This document shows positions 26,292 to 37,264 of a stretch of 64,000 nt of DNA, one piece after another. The first letter of the stretch is position 1; every line of letters begins with the position of its first letter. A program made the position numbers and the translations under genes. The DNA is from Macrostomum lignano (lineage: Eukaryota), in contig NIVC01000839.1 in the NCBI GenBank assembly GCA_002269645.1, positions 371,110 through 435,109 of the forward strand, given 5' to 3'. Below the pieces are notes generated by a model, which saw nothing but the letters and a program-made list of their open reading frames with translations, made no database searches and was not told the origin of the DNA.

Positions 26292-27710
26292 ATTCAGATG
26301 TGCAATAATTAATAATATAAATTCAACTCTGTGCTCAAGTGGCCTATAGTGCATAGCTGTGATTGAATACAAGAGGAAAACGTATTGTTTGGACGGTTCT
26401 GACATAAATTCGGAATATTAAATTATAGACTTGAATGGATAAGACTGGCTGATGTTGTTTATTATTACACTGGATCACAGATCGTTTATCTCCTCTTTTT
26501 CTTTCCCTCTGTCTCACTGTGCGCCTGTATCCTGAGTACAAAATCTGCGAATAAGGATCTCAATGCTATCTGTGTTAAATTCTTAACTATGATTATTATT
26601 TGCATGTCGGTAATGATTAACAATATGGTATTTGCAGTATTAGTAAGACCTGTATAATTAAATGCTGCACATTATGCATCCCTTTCTTCAGCATTTTTCT
26701 GAGCAGTTCCCCTTTCAACTTAAGGCTGACTTCCCTTTTGCCCTTTTTCCCACCTCCCATTGTCCCATCTTCGCCTGTTTTTCCATCTCCACCTCCTGTA
26801 TTCCGATCTCCCTATCCTATTTTCCGATCCCCACCTCCCAGTTTTCCCATCTCCACCTCCTGTATTCCGATCTCCCTATCCTATTTTCCGATCCCCACCT
26901 CCCAGTTTTCCCATCTCCACCTCCTGTATTCCGATCTCCCTATCCTATTTTCCGATCCCCACCTCCCAGTTTTCCCATCTCCACCTCCTGTATTCCGATC
27001 TCCCTATCCTATTTTCCGATCCCCACCTCCCAGTTTTCCCATCTCCACCTCCTATTGTCCCATCCCCACCTCCCAGTTTTCTCATCCCCACCTCCCAGTT
27101 TTCCCATCTCCACCTCCCATTGTCCCATCCCCACCTCCCAGTTTTCTCATCATTACCTCCCACTTTTCCCATATTTACCTCCCATTGTCCCATCCCCACC
27201 TCCCACTTTTCCCATATTTACCTCCCATTGTCCATTTGTCCCACTCCCACCTCCCACTTTTCCCATCTTTACCTCCCATTGTCCCATCTCCACCTTCCAG
27301 TTTTCCCATCTCCACTTCCCATTGTCCCACCCCTACCTCCCAGTTTTCCCATCTCCACCTCCCATTGTCCCACCCCCACCTTCCAGTTTTCCCATCTTTA
27401 CCTCCTGTTTTCAAATCTCTATCTCCAGTCTCCTGTTTTGCCATATCCAACTCCTGTTCTCCCATCCCATTTCCATCTCGAACATCTCTTTTCCAATTTT
27501 TCCACCTCCTTTTATGCTTTACCTTCGTTAACTTTTGTTTGTTTTCCAGATGACTTCGCAGCCTACAGGAAACTCGTTCGCTGTCCAATTCCTTACAAAA
27601 GCCAACAGACAGTGGCTGCTGCTGCAGCCGCCGCAGGTTCAGTTAATAGTCCAGACTCTGGCTATGTTAGTCCGCAGAATGCGCCCCAGCCAAACGGTGC
27701 CAATCGTTGA
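24312..27710 (+). CDS. MXD/MNT-like: Mad/Mxd/Mnt-family bHLH-leucine-zipper repressor
   Basis: Exons 24312-24495, 24597-24885, 25623-25731 and 25819-(26022 or 26142), with probable last exon 27550-27710. N-terminal SID-like LVLLYDAAMLLEQ. bHLH RTSHNELEKIRRAKLRTSIDQLKSRLP...TMLTVLKRACTFVK with the class-B H-E-R pattern, followed by zipper DLEQKSEEQRAQLRQLERRRMELK. The first four junctions are phase-consistent; the C-terminus is ambiguous (see findings). Confidence 0.9.
25320..25575. repeat. Imperfect intronic minisatellite (ggggatcagaatcccagaatcc...atattcgggctgtgaaaattgg)
   Basis: About 5 imperfect copies in an Mxd intron. Confidence 0.8.
26145..26292. repeat. (TGTC)n and (TATC)n microsatellites starting at the donor site
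   Basis: Direct reading. Confidence 0.9.
26745..27480. repeat. Pyrimidine-rich minisatellite (64-bp unit, degenerating rightwards)
   Basis: cccagttttcccatctccacctcctgtattccgatctccctatcctattttccgatccccacct at 26901 and 26965. The Pro-rich ORFs are artefacts. Confidence 0.85.
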
Positions 27711-27891
27711 GTTTCATTCATATATCGTTCGATCGGTTTAAGCATGGTAAGCATAACAATTGACCTGAATGACGGATTGGGTGGTTCTCTATCTTAGCTT
27801 ATTCATTGTTTTGTTCTTTGTGTTTTATTAGACTGTTCACCGACTGTACCTGCGAATGCTCTGCAGTGTTGCATGCCTAACTTTGTATGGC

Positions 27892-28069
27892 CAGGGACTA
27901 CTCAAACACCGGGACGGGAGACTAGGAATTTTTTACGAGGCTGGTCTTTTATCAGCAGTAGAAAATAACCATAGACAACAAAGTAACACAGCATCTCTCT
28001 AATGAAAATAATTTCCAGCCAGCCTCGTAAAAATTTTAGTTTCCCGTCACGGTGTTTGAGTAGTCCCTG
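27892..28069. mobile_element. MITE, 178 bp, with 7-bp TSD
   Basis: Perfect 20-bp TIR CAGGGACTACTCAAACACCG, extending imperfectly to about 55 bp. GTATGGC is duplicated at 27885-27891 and 28070-28076. Confidence 0.85.
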
Positions 28070-28104
28070 GTATGGCATTGCAGTTTTCAACCGTCTGTTA
28101 CTGG

Positions 28105-28400
28105 TTTTTTCTTCTCTCTCCCCCTCCCCCCTCATCTCTTCTCTCTCCTCCTCTCATCTCTTCTCCCTCCCCTCATCTCTTTTCTCCACTCAATTCTTCC
28201 TCTCTATCCTCTTCTCTCTCCCCTCACCTCTTCCTTCCTCTTCTGCTCATCTCCTCTCCATTTATCTCTTCTCTTTCCTGTCCTTATCTCTTCTTTCTCC
28301 CCTCATTTCCTCTCTCCTCTTCTCTCTCTCGCTCATCTCTTTCTTCGTTTTCTGCTCATCTCTCCATTCATTTCTTCTCTCCCACATCTCTTCCTCTCGT
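28105..28400. repeat. CT-rich low-complexity tract
   Basis: Direct reading. Confidence 0.8.
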
Positions 28401-30389
28401 ATTTATCGTATCGTATTGCATATTTTTCTACTTTTTGCAAGTCCAATTCTAAACCTCTACCGTATGATATACTACTGACAACTGAATGCAGCCAATAAGT
28501 AGGCTTTTTGTATTTAATATTTTGCTAATTGTCGTGAAAAACACAGTAAATCTACGATTTGCGTTGTTTTTTAACCTGACTGACAGGCAACTGTTACCTT
28601 GATGACGTCATGATTATACTCATTCGTATTCAACGATGTTGTTAATTGTATATGCTATCAATAAACTTATAGATAATCTTTAACGTACTTCTTTTAGTCA
28701 ATCTGCATGTACTTGTAGTGACAGTGTGTATTATGCTCCGCAGTAATTTAAAACATACAATTTTTAATAGCCCAAGTTTTCAGTGTTATACTCTCAAGAG
28801 TTTCAGAAGACGGCATTTTTACAGGACATGATTAAACACTATTATCAGGGCTATGTACTAAGCTATTATGATACTACTGGAAGTGTGATAAATTCCATTT
28901 ATTAGTTTACTAAGTTATTTTATTTATGAACTAAAAACAGCTGTTTGATTCTGGTATTTTTTCTTACTTTGTTATGTAACCCTAAGAAAATTTTTCTATT
29001 GCAATAATTGATTTTCTTTTTCAATCACCTGTCTGCAATTGTATTGAATGGATTGACTAATTATTAATATTAATCAGTGACTTCTCTACCGCTTGTTTGT
29101 CTGAAAAAAACACAATTTTAAATACACAGTAGCAGTCCTTATGCGTGACTTACGCGCAAACAGTATGGAATTAATTATTTTACACAACATATCGGTAAAT
29201 TGAAAATAACACAAGTCCAAGAACAATGGCAAATTATTAACTGAATAAATATTTGTAGATCTTTTAGCCGTCACACAAAAAGGGTAAATTGCACAATTTA
29301 TTACCAATAGAAGTTTTAGTCATTCTAGTCTACAGTGCTACTTATAGTAAGTAGTAGGCGCCCCAGCAGTGATAATTCAATAAAATGACATTAGGAACAG
29401 GTAGCTCTCTTTATTGAAGATGCAGCAATCCACATTAGTGCACAGAACAATATAGCTTCACCAAAAATTCGCATTATTTTTCTACGAGTACTTACTACTA
29501 GATAAAAATCGGGCAAATTAAGTAGTATACAGCGGTTGCGATAGATACGATATCTTTTGGAACCGAAGAAAGCGTCAGTAATAATGAAACTATAACAAAA
29601 GACCATATTGTACCGCATGTAGACCTTAGTTAATGAAACGATAAGCATATCGGAATAAAAAAATTGTAACCATTTATTGCATTTCTGTTGACTGTTAAAG
29701 AAGAAAAAGCTTCAGACAGCATATGGCGACCGGAACTACATTAAATTTTAAAATATCAAATTGCGACGGTTGGAAGCTGTTTCTACAAATAGAGAATGTA
29801 AATTAACTATATGCATGCACTATTGTATAGGGATAGGCCAATTACCATATTTAGCTGTTGTAAACAAAATTGCTGAAAAATACGTCGTTCATTTACGTTT
29901 TTGCTGGCACTAGATTGCGTAATAGAGTCTTGCAGCTGATAAAAAATAGATCGGAATAGATTACTTTCTACCTATTTTCACCTATTCCTACCTATTGCGT
30001 ACTAGGTAGAACGCAAGCAAGCGTCTAAGACAGTAAAAACTAGAAAGCAGAACTGAGCACAGATATTTAGCTGTCGAGTCTTGGACAGACTAGATAACTC
30101 ATTATTGTATTCATATCAACTTTGTGACCGTTACGAAAGCAATGTGAATTCTTTTCAAGTAAATTCCGTGATAATAAAAATTAATTACCTAGTATAGATG
30201 TAAACTTGGCGATTTGTATATTAACAACCAAAGCGTTGAATAAAGCATAGTTGATTAAAAATGTATGAAAAAGTGATTAATGTAAGCTGTTAATCTACTT
30301 TATTGTTTTGGCTTATCAATGGTTGCCATAGTTATATTCAGCAATTGCAGTGAGTTTGGCAAGCGACTGAACAGAGAAGAGTGTAAATT

Positions 30390-31110
30390 AAGTAGTCTTT
30401 GATTGGCTGGCACAGGGTTAAGAGGGGTGGCTGATATGGGGTCAGGGAGCGAGTGTACACTGAGTCTTTGATTGGCTGGCACAGGGTTAAGAGGGGTGGC
30501 TGATATGGGGTCAGGGAGCGAGTGTACACTGAGTCTTTGATTGGCTGGCACAGGGTTAAGAGGGGTGGCTGATATGGGGGTCAGGGAGCGAGTGTACACT
30601 GAGTCTTTGATTGGCTGGCACAGGGTTAAGAGGGGTGGCTGATATGGGGTCAGGGAGCGAGTGTACACTGAGTATTTGATTGGCTGGCTAGGTTAAGAGG
30701 GGTGGCTGATATGGGGTCAGGGAGCGAGTGTACACTGAGTCTTTGGCTGGCACAGGGTTAAGAGGGGTGGCTGATATGGGGGTCAGGGAGCGAGTGTACA
30801 CTGAGTCTTTGATTGGCTGGCACAGGGTTAAGAGGGGTGGCTGATATGGGGTCAGGGAGCGAGTGTACACTGAGTATTTGATTGGCTGGCTAGGTTAAGA
30901 GGGGTGGCTGATATGGGGGTCAGGGAGCGAGTGTACACTGAGTCTTTGATTGGCTGGCACAGGGTTAAAAGGGGTGGCTGATATGGGGTCAGGGAGCGAG
31001 TGTACACTGAGTCTTTGATTGGCTGGCACAGGGTTAAAAGGGGTGGCTGATATGGGGTCAGGGAGCGAGTGTACACTGAGTCTTTGATTGGCTGGCAGGG
31101 TTAAGAGGGG
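30390..31110. repeat. 69-bp minisatellite, about 10 copies
   Basis: gagtctttgattggctggcacagggttaagaggggtggctgatatggggtcagggagcgagtgtacact at 30601, 30670 and elsewhere. Confidence 0.95.
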
Positions 31111-31730
31111 TAGTTGACTTCGTTGGTCAAGCGTAAATTTTAGATGCAGTTTTCCCCTAAAAAAACAAAAACCATACTGATGATTAATGTTGCCTTTATT
31201 ATATGGTATGATACAATGACCGGCACAGCCAAGCACGCGAAAAGAACTAGTTATCAAGCTGTTCAAGTGAAGATATTTAATAAAAGACACACTAAGAATG
31301 AGAAATATACGAGCCTTAGTTTTGAAAAATTACAGTTGTCACAAACTGGCGACGCAGAAAAAATAGACAAAAAATAATTCCAACCAAATTTTCATCGATG
31401 ATTTGAATCCAACACCTCACCGTGAATCCGTACCGAAAACGTCAGAATATTTACGACAGAAGTTTTACACGTGAAAAGTACACATAAACATAGGAATAAT
31501 AAGTTCAATTAGAATTAACTAATAAATCATAATCAAGACGGTGATAGCATGTAAACATTTATCGATGAAGGTCAAGACTCTGCCATGAGCATTTTTTGTC
31601 CCATATCTGATACTTCTGGAGCATATTTAACTGGTCTCAGGTCAGGCTTAAGATTGAGACCCTAGATTCCAATGTATAGTATAGTGCTTAATTAAATATT
31701 ACACAATACGCAAATGAAAAACAATCCTGT

Positions 31731-31866
31731 CTACAGTGTCTGTCTTGGTGTCTTCTGTCTGCATGTCTGTGTCTGTCTTGGTGTCTTCTGTCTGCATGTC
31801 TGTGTCTGTCTTGGTGTCTTCTGTCTGCATGTCTGTCTGTCTGTCTTAGTGTCTTTTGTCTGTTTG

Positions 31867-31922
<56 letters not shown>

Positions 31923-31925
31923 CTT
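31731..31925. repeat. 30-bp repeat plus (TGTC)n microsatellite
   Basis: Direct reading. Confidence 0.85.
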
Positions 31926-32056
31926 CCTTCGTATTAGCTCACGAAAGCCTTTCACAGCCTACTAAAATGGTCAAAATAATTGCCGATTCATCCAGCGAGA
32001 TTGTCAAATTCCACTTTCACGGCGCTCCTCAATAACACACAGTCATGGCTAATATC

Positions 32057-35000
32057 TTAGCGCCGCTTTTTACCATCCGGCCTAGCCTCCACCACAGCCG
32101 CTGGAAAGTACTCTCTGTACCGTTGCGCAAGATAGGTTGGCAACCAGGCAACAAGGCAGCACGAATAGGGCACGATGTACTTTTGAGCGAAGCACATTAG
32201 ATCGCTGGCACCGCCTGGCTGGCTGGGCAGGCACAGCAGCAGCATAGCGCACAGTATGTGCCCGGCAAAGTACATAGCCGACCAAAACCTCAAAGCGTAG
32301 CCCATCTCCAATAGGAAAAACACTCCCTGAGCATAGTTCTGAGCTAGATTGGCGCACAATCCAGTCAGACAGTCGTAAGCCAAGCTGGCACTTTGACTAG
32401 TTTGAAAGTGCGGCCGCACTAACTTTCGGACACGTCTGGCCGTGAAGGTGAACACGGCGAAGGTGACAAAGAAGCAATAGTAGCCGGGGTAAAAACCGTG
32501 CCACAGGGCGGACAGGGCGAAGGTCAGCAGGGTGGCGTGACGCCCGGGGCTGCGTTCGTACACGAGCTCGCGGAGCCACCTGCGGGATGAGAGAGCGAAA
32601 TCTCAGCCCGTTGAGACTCTAACTGATGGAAATCTTATCCCATTGAGACTCTAACTGATGGAAATCTCATCCCATTGAGACTCTAATTGATGGAAATCTC
32701 ATCCCATTGAGACTCTAACTGATGGAAATCTCATCCCATTGAGACTCTAACTGATGGAAATCTCATCCCATTGAGACTCTAACTGATGGAAATCTCATCC
32801 CATTGAGACTCTAACTGATGGAAATCTCATCCCTTTGAGACTCTAACTGATGGAAATCTCATCCCTTTGAGACTCTAACTGATGGAAATCTCATCCCATT
32901 GAGACTCTAACTGATGGAAATCTCATCCCATTGAGACTCTAACTGATGGAAATCTCATCCCACTGAGACTCTAACTGATGGAAATCTCAATCCCACTGAG
33001 ACTCTAGCTGATGGAAATCTCATCCCATTGAGATACTGACATTTGAATATCTTAACTATAAAGTCTCACTTCAATAGATTAAACAACCCACCCCAACAAT
33101 GCCAGTCTCACAATGCGGCACTAACCTGGCAGTTGACACATTCCAACCGGCCACAACAGCTCGAATACTGGTGCCAAATTCGACGTCTTTGAAAAAGAAG
33201 CTTTTAGCCAGATCGTATCGCGGCTTGCCAGTAGACGGATCGGTGCCGCTGAAGCCGAACCCGTGGGCCAGACAGGCCGCCTCCGCCAGGGACCAGGCGA
33301 AGTAGTACTTGCAGCGGACCAGGAAGAATGCACCGCTGACGTATAGAATTCGACGAGGCAGACTGAGCTGGGCGAAAGTGTCCGAGACAACCTGAGAAGG
33401 TGGGTAGGCTGGTTAAATCTTGTCATTTTCTGTAGCGATTTTCCCATAAAGCCATAGGATTTTCCTTTGAAGCTTAGGGATTTTTCATTGAAGCTTAGGG
33501 ATTTTCCTTTGAAGCTTAGGGATTTTTCATTGAAGCTTAGGGATTTTCCTTTGAAGCTTAGGGATTTTTCATTGAAGCTTAGGGATTTTCCTTTGAAGCT
33601 TAGGGATTTTTCATTGAAGCTTAGGGATTTTCCTTTGAAGCTTAGGGATTTTTCATTGAAGCTTAGGGATTTTTCATTGAAGCTTAGGGATTTTCCTTTG
33701 AAGCTTAGGGATTTTTCATTGAAGCTTAGGGATTTTCCTTTGAAGCTTAGGGATTTTTCATTGAAGCTTAGGGATTTTCCTTTGAAGCTTAGGGATTTTT
33801 CATTGAAGCTTAGGGATTTTCCTTTGAAGCTTAGGGATTTTCCTTTGAAGCTTAGGGATTTTTCATTGAAGCTTAGGGATTTTCCTTTGAAGCTTAGGGA
33901 TTTTCCTTTGAAGCTTAGGGATTTTTCATTGAAGCTTAGGGACTTTTCATTGAAGCTTAGGGATTTTCCTTTGAAGCTTAGGGATTTTTCATTGAAGCTT
34001 AGGGATTTTCCTTTGAAGCTTAGGGATTTTTCATTGAAGCTTAGGGATTTTCCTTTGAAGCTTAGGGATTTTTCATTGAAGCTTAGGGATTTTCCTTTGA
34101 AGCTTTGGGATTTTCCTTTGAAGCTTAGGGATTTTTCATTGAAGCTTAGGGATTTTCCTTTGAAGCTTTGGGATTTTTCATTGAAGCTTAGGGATTTTCC
34201 TTTGAAGCTTTGGGATTTTTCATTGAAGCTTTGGGATTTTTCATTGAAGCTTAGGGATTTTCCTTTGAAGCTTAGGGATTTTCCTTTGAAGCTTAGGGAT
34301 TTTTCATTGAAGCTTTGGGATTTTTCATTGAAGCTTTGGGATTTTTCATTGAAGCTTTGGGATTTTCCTTTGAAGCTTAGGGATTTTCCTTTGAAGCTTA
34401 GGGTTTTTTCATTGAAGCTTTGGGATTTTCCTTTGAAGGTTTGGGGATTCTACAATAATGCTACGGAATTCCCCAAATTAAAGCTACGGAATTCCCCATA
34501 TTAAAGCTACGGAATACCCCAAATTAAAGCTACGGAATTTCCCATATTAAAGCTACGGAATACCCCAAATTAAAGCTACGGAATTCCCCATATTAAAGCT
34601 ACGGAATACCCCAAATTAAAGCTACGGAATTTCCCATATTAAAGCTACAGAATTTCCGAAATAAAAGCTACGGAATTCCCCATAATCTGGCTACGGAATT
34701 TCCCGAACCAACCCAATCAAAGCAAATTACACTTACCCAATAGTAAGGCAGCATCGGTCCCAGTCCCAGCACCAGAAAGGAGTACAGACCTGTACAAGCC
34801 AACGCTCTGAGCACAGCTCTATTCAAATACTGCTTATCCTCATTGCTGTCAGTATGAGCTGTGAAATGAGCAATAAAGTCCGAATAGAACACGTGAGGCC
34901 CAGCCATCAGCGTTGGCAAATAGTAGGAATAAGCCAGATAGTCCAATACGGATGGCAATTCGTCCACCCGATGGCACCAGCGAGACTCGCTGCCCCGGAG

Positions 35001-35985
35001 GCGGCCGCGCTTTGCCAAATGCCCGTCGTGCAGGGCCAGAGCCAGGCTGCTAAGTTTCTGAGTCAGAATCATTAAAGGGCCGGTGATGTCCATTGTGTAG
35101 CCGCCGTAGTCGTTGTATAGTCGGTAGACATGATTCGCGCTTAGGTAGGCTAGGCACCAAGCTACCGATAGCCAGGCCGGTAGGCAGCTGTCGCTAACTG
35201 GTAGGCAGTACATCAGGCAGTAGGCTACCGATGCCTGCGAGTGAGGGGGTGACGGGGAACAATTAGGAGTGACAGTTGAGGAGTGACAGTTGAGGAGTGA
35301 CAGTTGAGAAGTGACAGTTGAGGAGTGACAGTTGAGTAACAGTTGAGGAGTGACAGTTGAGGAGTGACAGTTGAGAAGTGACAGTTGAGGAGTGACAGTT
35401 GAGGAGTGACAGTTGAGGAGTGACTGTTGAAGAGTGACAGTTGAGGAGTGACAGTTGAGGAGTGACAGTTGAGGAGTGACAGTTGAGGAGTGACAGTTGA
35501 GGAGTGACAGTTGAGAAGTGACAGTTGAGGAGTGACAGTTGAGGAGTGACAGTTGAGGAGTGACAGTTGAGAAGTGACAGTTAAGGAGTGACAGTTAAGG
35601 AGTGACAGTTAAGTGACAGTTGAAGAGTGACGGCTGAAGTTGAAGATTGACTGACTGATTCTAGGGTATAATTTGAGAATTGATAGTGTAAGAGTGAAAT
35701 TCGCTACTGGAAATGTTAAAGCACCCCAAAATAACTCACCTGAACCATCATATGAACCGACTGCAGTCCGAAGCAGAACCACAGCAGCCAGGCCCCGGCG
35801 CCAATGTGGACCCATCGCAGTAAGTTCGATCCGCAACGAACCCTGCGCAGTGCAAAGCCAATCAATAAGGTTGCCAGCTGAGCAGCAATAAAGTTCATCT
35901 TGTCCAGACTGAGACCAGCCGCTGTGGACAGGCCAGCTAGGACGCGACTGCCTTCGTAGCTCTGCGCGTTTGATGCTAGCGGCAT
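32057..35985 (-). CDS. MBOAT1/2: Membrane-bound O-acyltransferase (lysophospholipid acyltransferase, MBOAT1/2-like), about 510 aa
   Basis: Exons 35740-35985, 34737-35234, 33126-33391 and 32057-32579, all phase-consistent (1533 nt). Motifs include MDITGPLMILTQKLSSLA, LMAGP, CKYYFAWSLAE, GWNVSTARWLR..VYER and catalytic SALWHGFYPGYY. The C-terminal KKRR fits a di-lysine ER-retrieval motif. Confidence 0.95.
32603..33040. repeat. 32-bp minisatellite filling MBOAT intron 3
   Basis: cccattgagactctaactgatggaaatctcat, about 13 copies. Confidence 0.95.
33440..34705. repeat. 21-bp (gaagcttagggattttccttt) and adjacent 23-bp (ctacggaattccccaaattaaag) minisatellites in MBOAT intron 2
   Basis: 21-bp array at about 33440-34445 and 23-bp array at about 34460-34705. 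The LKLRDFP ORF is an artefact. Confidence 0.95.
35265..35640. repeat. 14-bp minisatellite in MBOAT intron 1
   Basis: gagtgacagttgag units. Confidence 0.95.
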
Positions 35986-36029
35986 GGCTGAGCTGAAGGG
36001 GAAGCGGGATTTGAGTGGATTAACTAGAA

Positions 36030-36910
36030 AGGCTCATTCACTCCCATTGAGAGAGTGACAAAGAGGCTCATTCACTCCCATTGAGAGAGTGACAAAGAAG
36101 CTCATTCACTCCCAGTGAGAGAGTGACAAAGAGGCTCATTCACTCTCAGTGAGAGAGTGACAAAGAGATCATTCACTCCCAGTGAGAGAGTGACAAAGAG
36201 GCTCATTCACTCCCAATAAGAGAGTGACAAAGAGCTCATTCACTCCCAATAAGAGAGTGACAAAGAGGCTCATTCACTCACAATGAGAGAGTGACAAAGA
36301 GGCTCATTCACTCCCAGTGAGAGAGTGACACAGAGGCTCATTCACTCACAATGAGAGAGTGACAAAGAGGCTCATTCACTCCCAGTGAGAGAGTGACAAA
36401 GAGGCTCATTCACTCCCAGTGAGAGTGACAAAGAGGCTCATTCACTCCCAATGAGAGAGTGACAAAGAGGCTCATTCACTCCCAGTGAGAGAGTGACAAA
36501 GAGGCTCATTCACTCCCAGTGAGAGAAGTACAAAGAGGCTCATTCACTCCCAATAAGAGAGTGACAAAGAGGCTCATTCACTCCCAATAAGAGAGTGACA
36601 AAGAGGCTCATTCACTCACAATGAGAGAGTGACAAAGAGGCTCATTCACTCCCAGTGAGAGAGTGACAAAGAGGCTCATTCACTCCCAATAAGAGAGTGA
36701 CAAAGAGGCTCATTCACTCCCAATGAGAGAGTGACAAAGAGGCTCATTCACTCCCAGTGAGAGAGTGACAAAGAGGCTCATTCACTCCCAGTGAGAGAGT
36801 GACAAAGAGGCTCATTCACTCCCAATAAGAGAGTGACAAAGAGGCTCATTCACTCCCAATAAGAGAGTGACACAGAGGCTCATTCACTCCCAATGAGAGA
36901 GTGACAGAAG
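36030..36910. repeat. 34-bp minisatellite upstream of the MBOAT start (probable 5'UTR intron)
   Basis: agaggctcattcactcccagtgagagagtgacaa. A minus-strand ccccttcag acceptor lies 7 nt before the ATG. Confidence 0.95.
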
Positions 36911-37264
36911 CTTTTTTACTCTCAATTTTAGGAGCAATTTCATAAAAATAAAACGTAACCTAAAGTTGACCTTTTACAAACAACTATTAGAAAAATGAAA
37001 AACACATTTAGTACTCTAGTATATTGGATGAGGACGAGGTAACGCACAACGTCCGTGTCTGGCCAATGATATCTTTCTCCACTGAACGAATCAACGGGTT
37101 TTCGTTATGAGGGCAAATTTAATAGCTGACATAAGGCAATTTATAATATATTCTCAAGCACGCAAGCAGGAGGCCGAGTCCTGTATTACTGCGGGATAAG
37201 TACTTTTGTTTTGACACAGAGGTTAAAAAATAAATCTAAAATATCCTCTATACCCTAAATATAA

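Noticed and set aside
26662-27550. Pro-rich extensin-like ORFs
   Set aside because: All three frames are open over a pyrimidine minisatellite inside an Mxd intron.
29391-29648. Short hydrophobic minus-strand ORF as a secreted peptide
   Set aside because: It stops right after the hydrophobic stretch, with no supporting splice structure or homology.
33467-34504. 345-aa LKLRDFP protein
   Set aside because: It is a 21-bp minisatellite within MBOAT intron 2 on the opposite strand.
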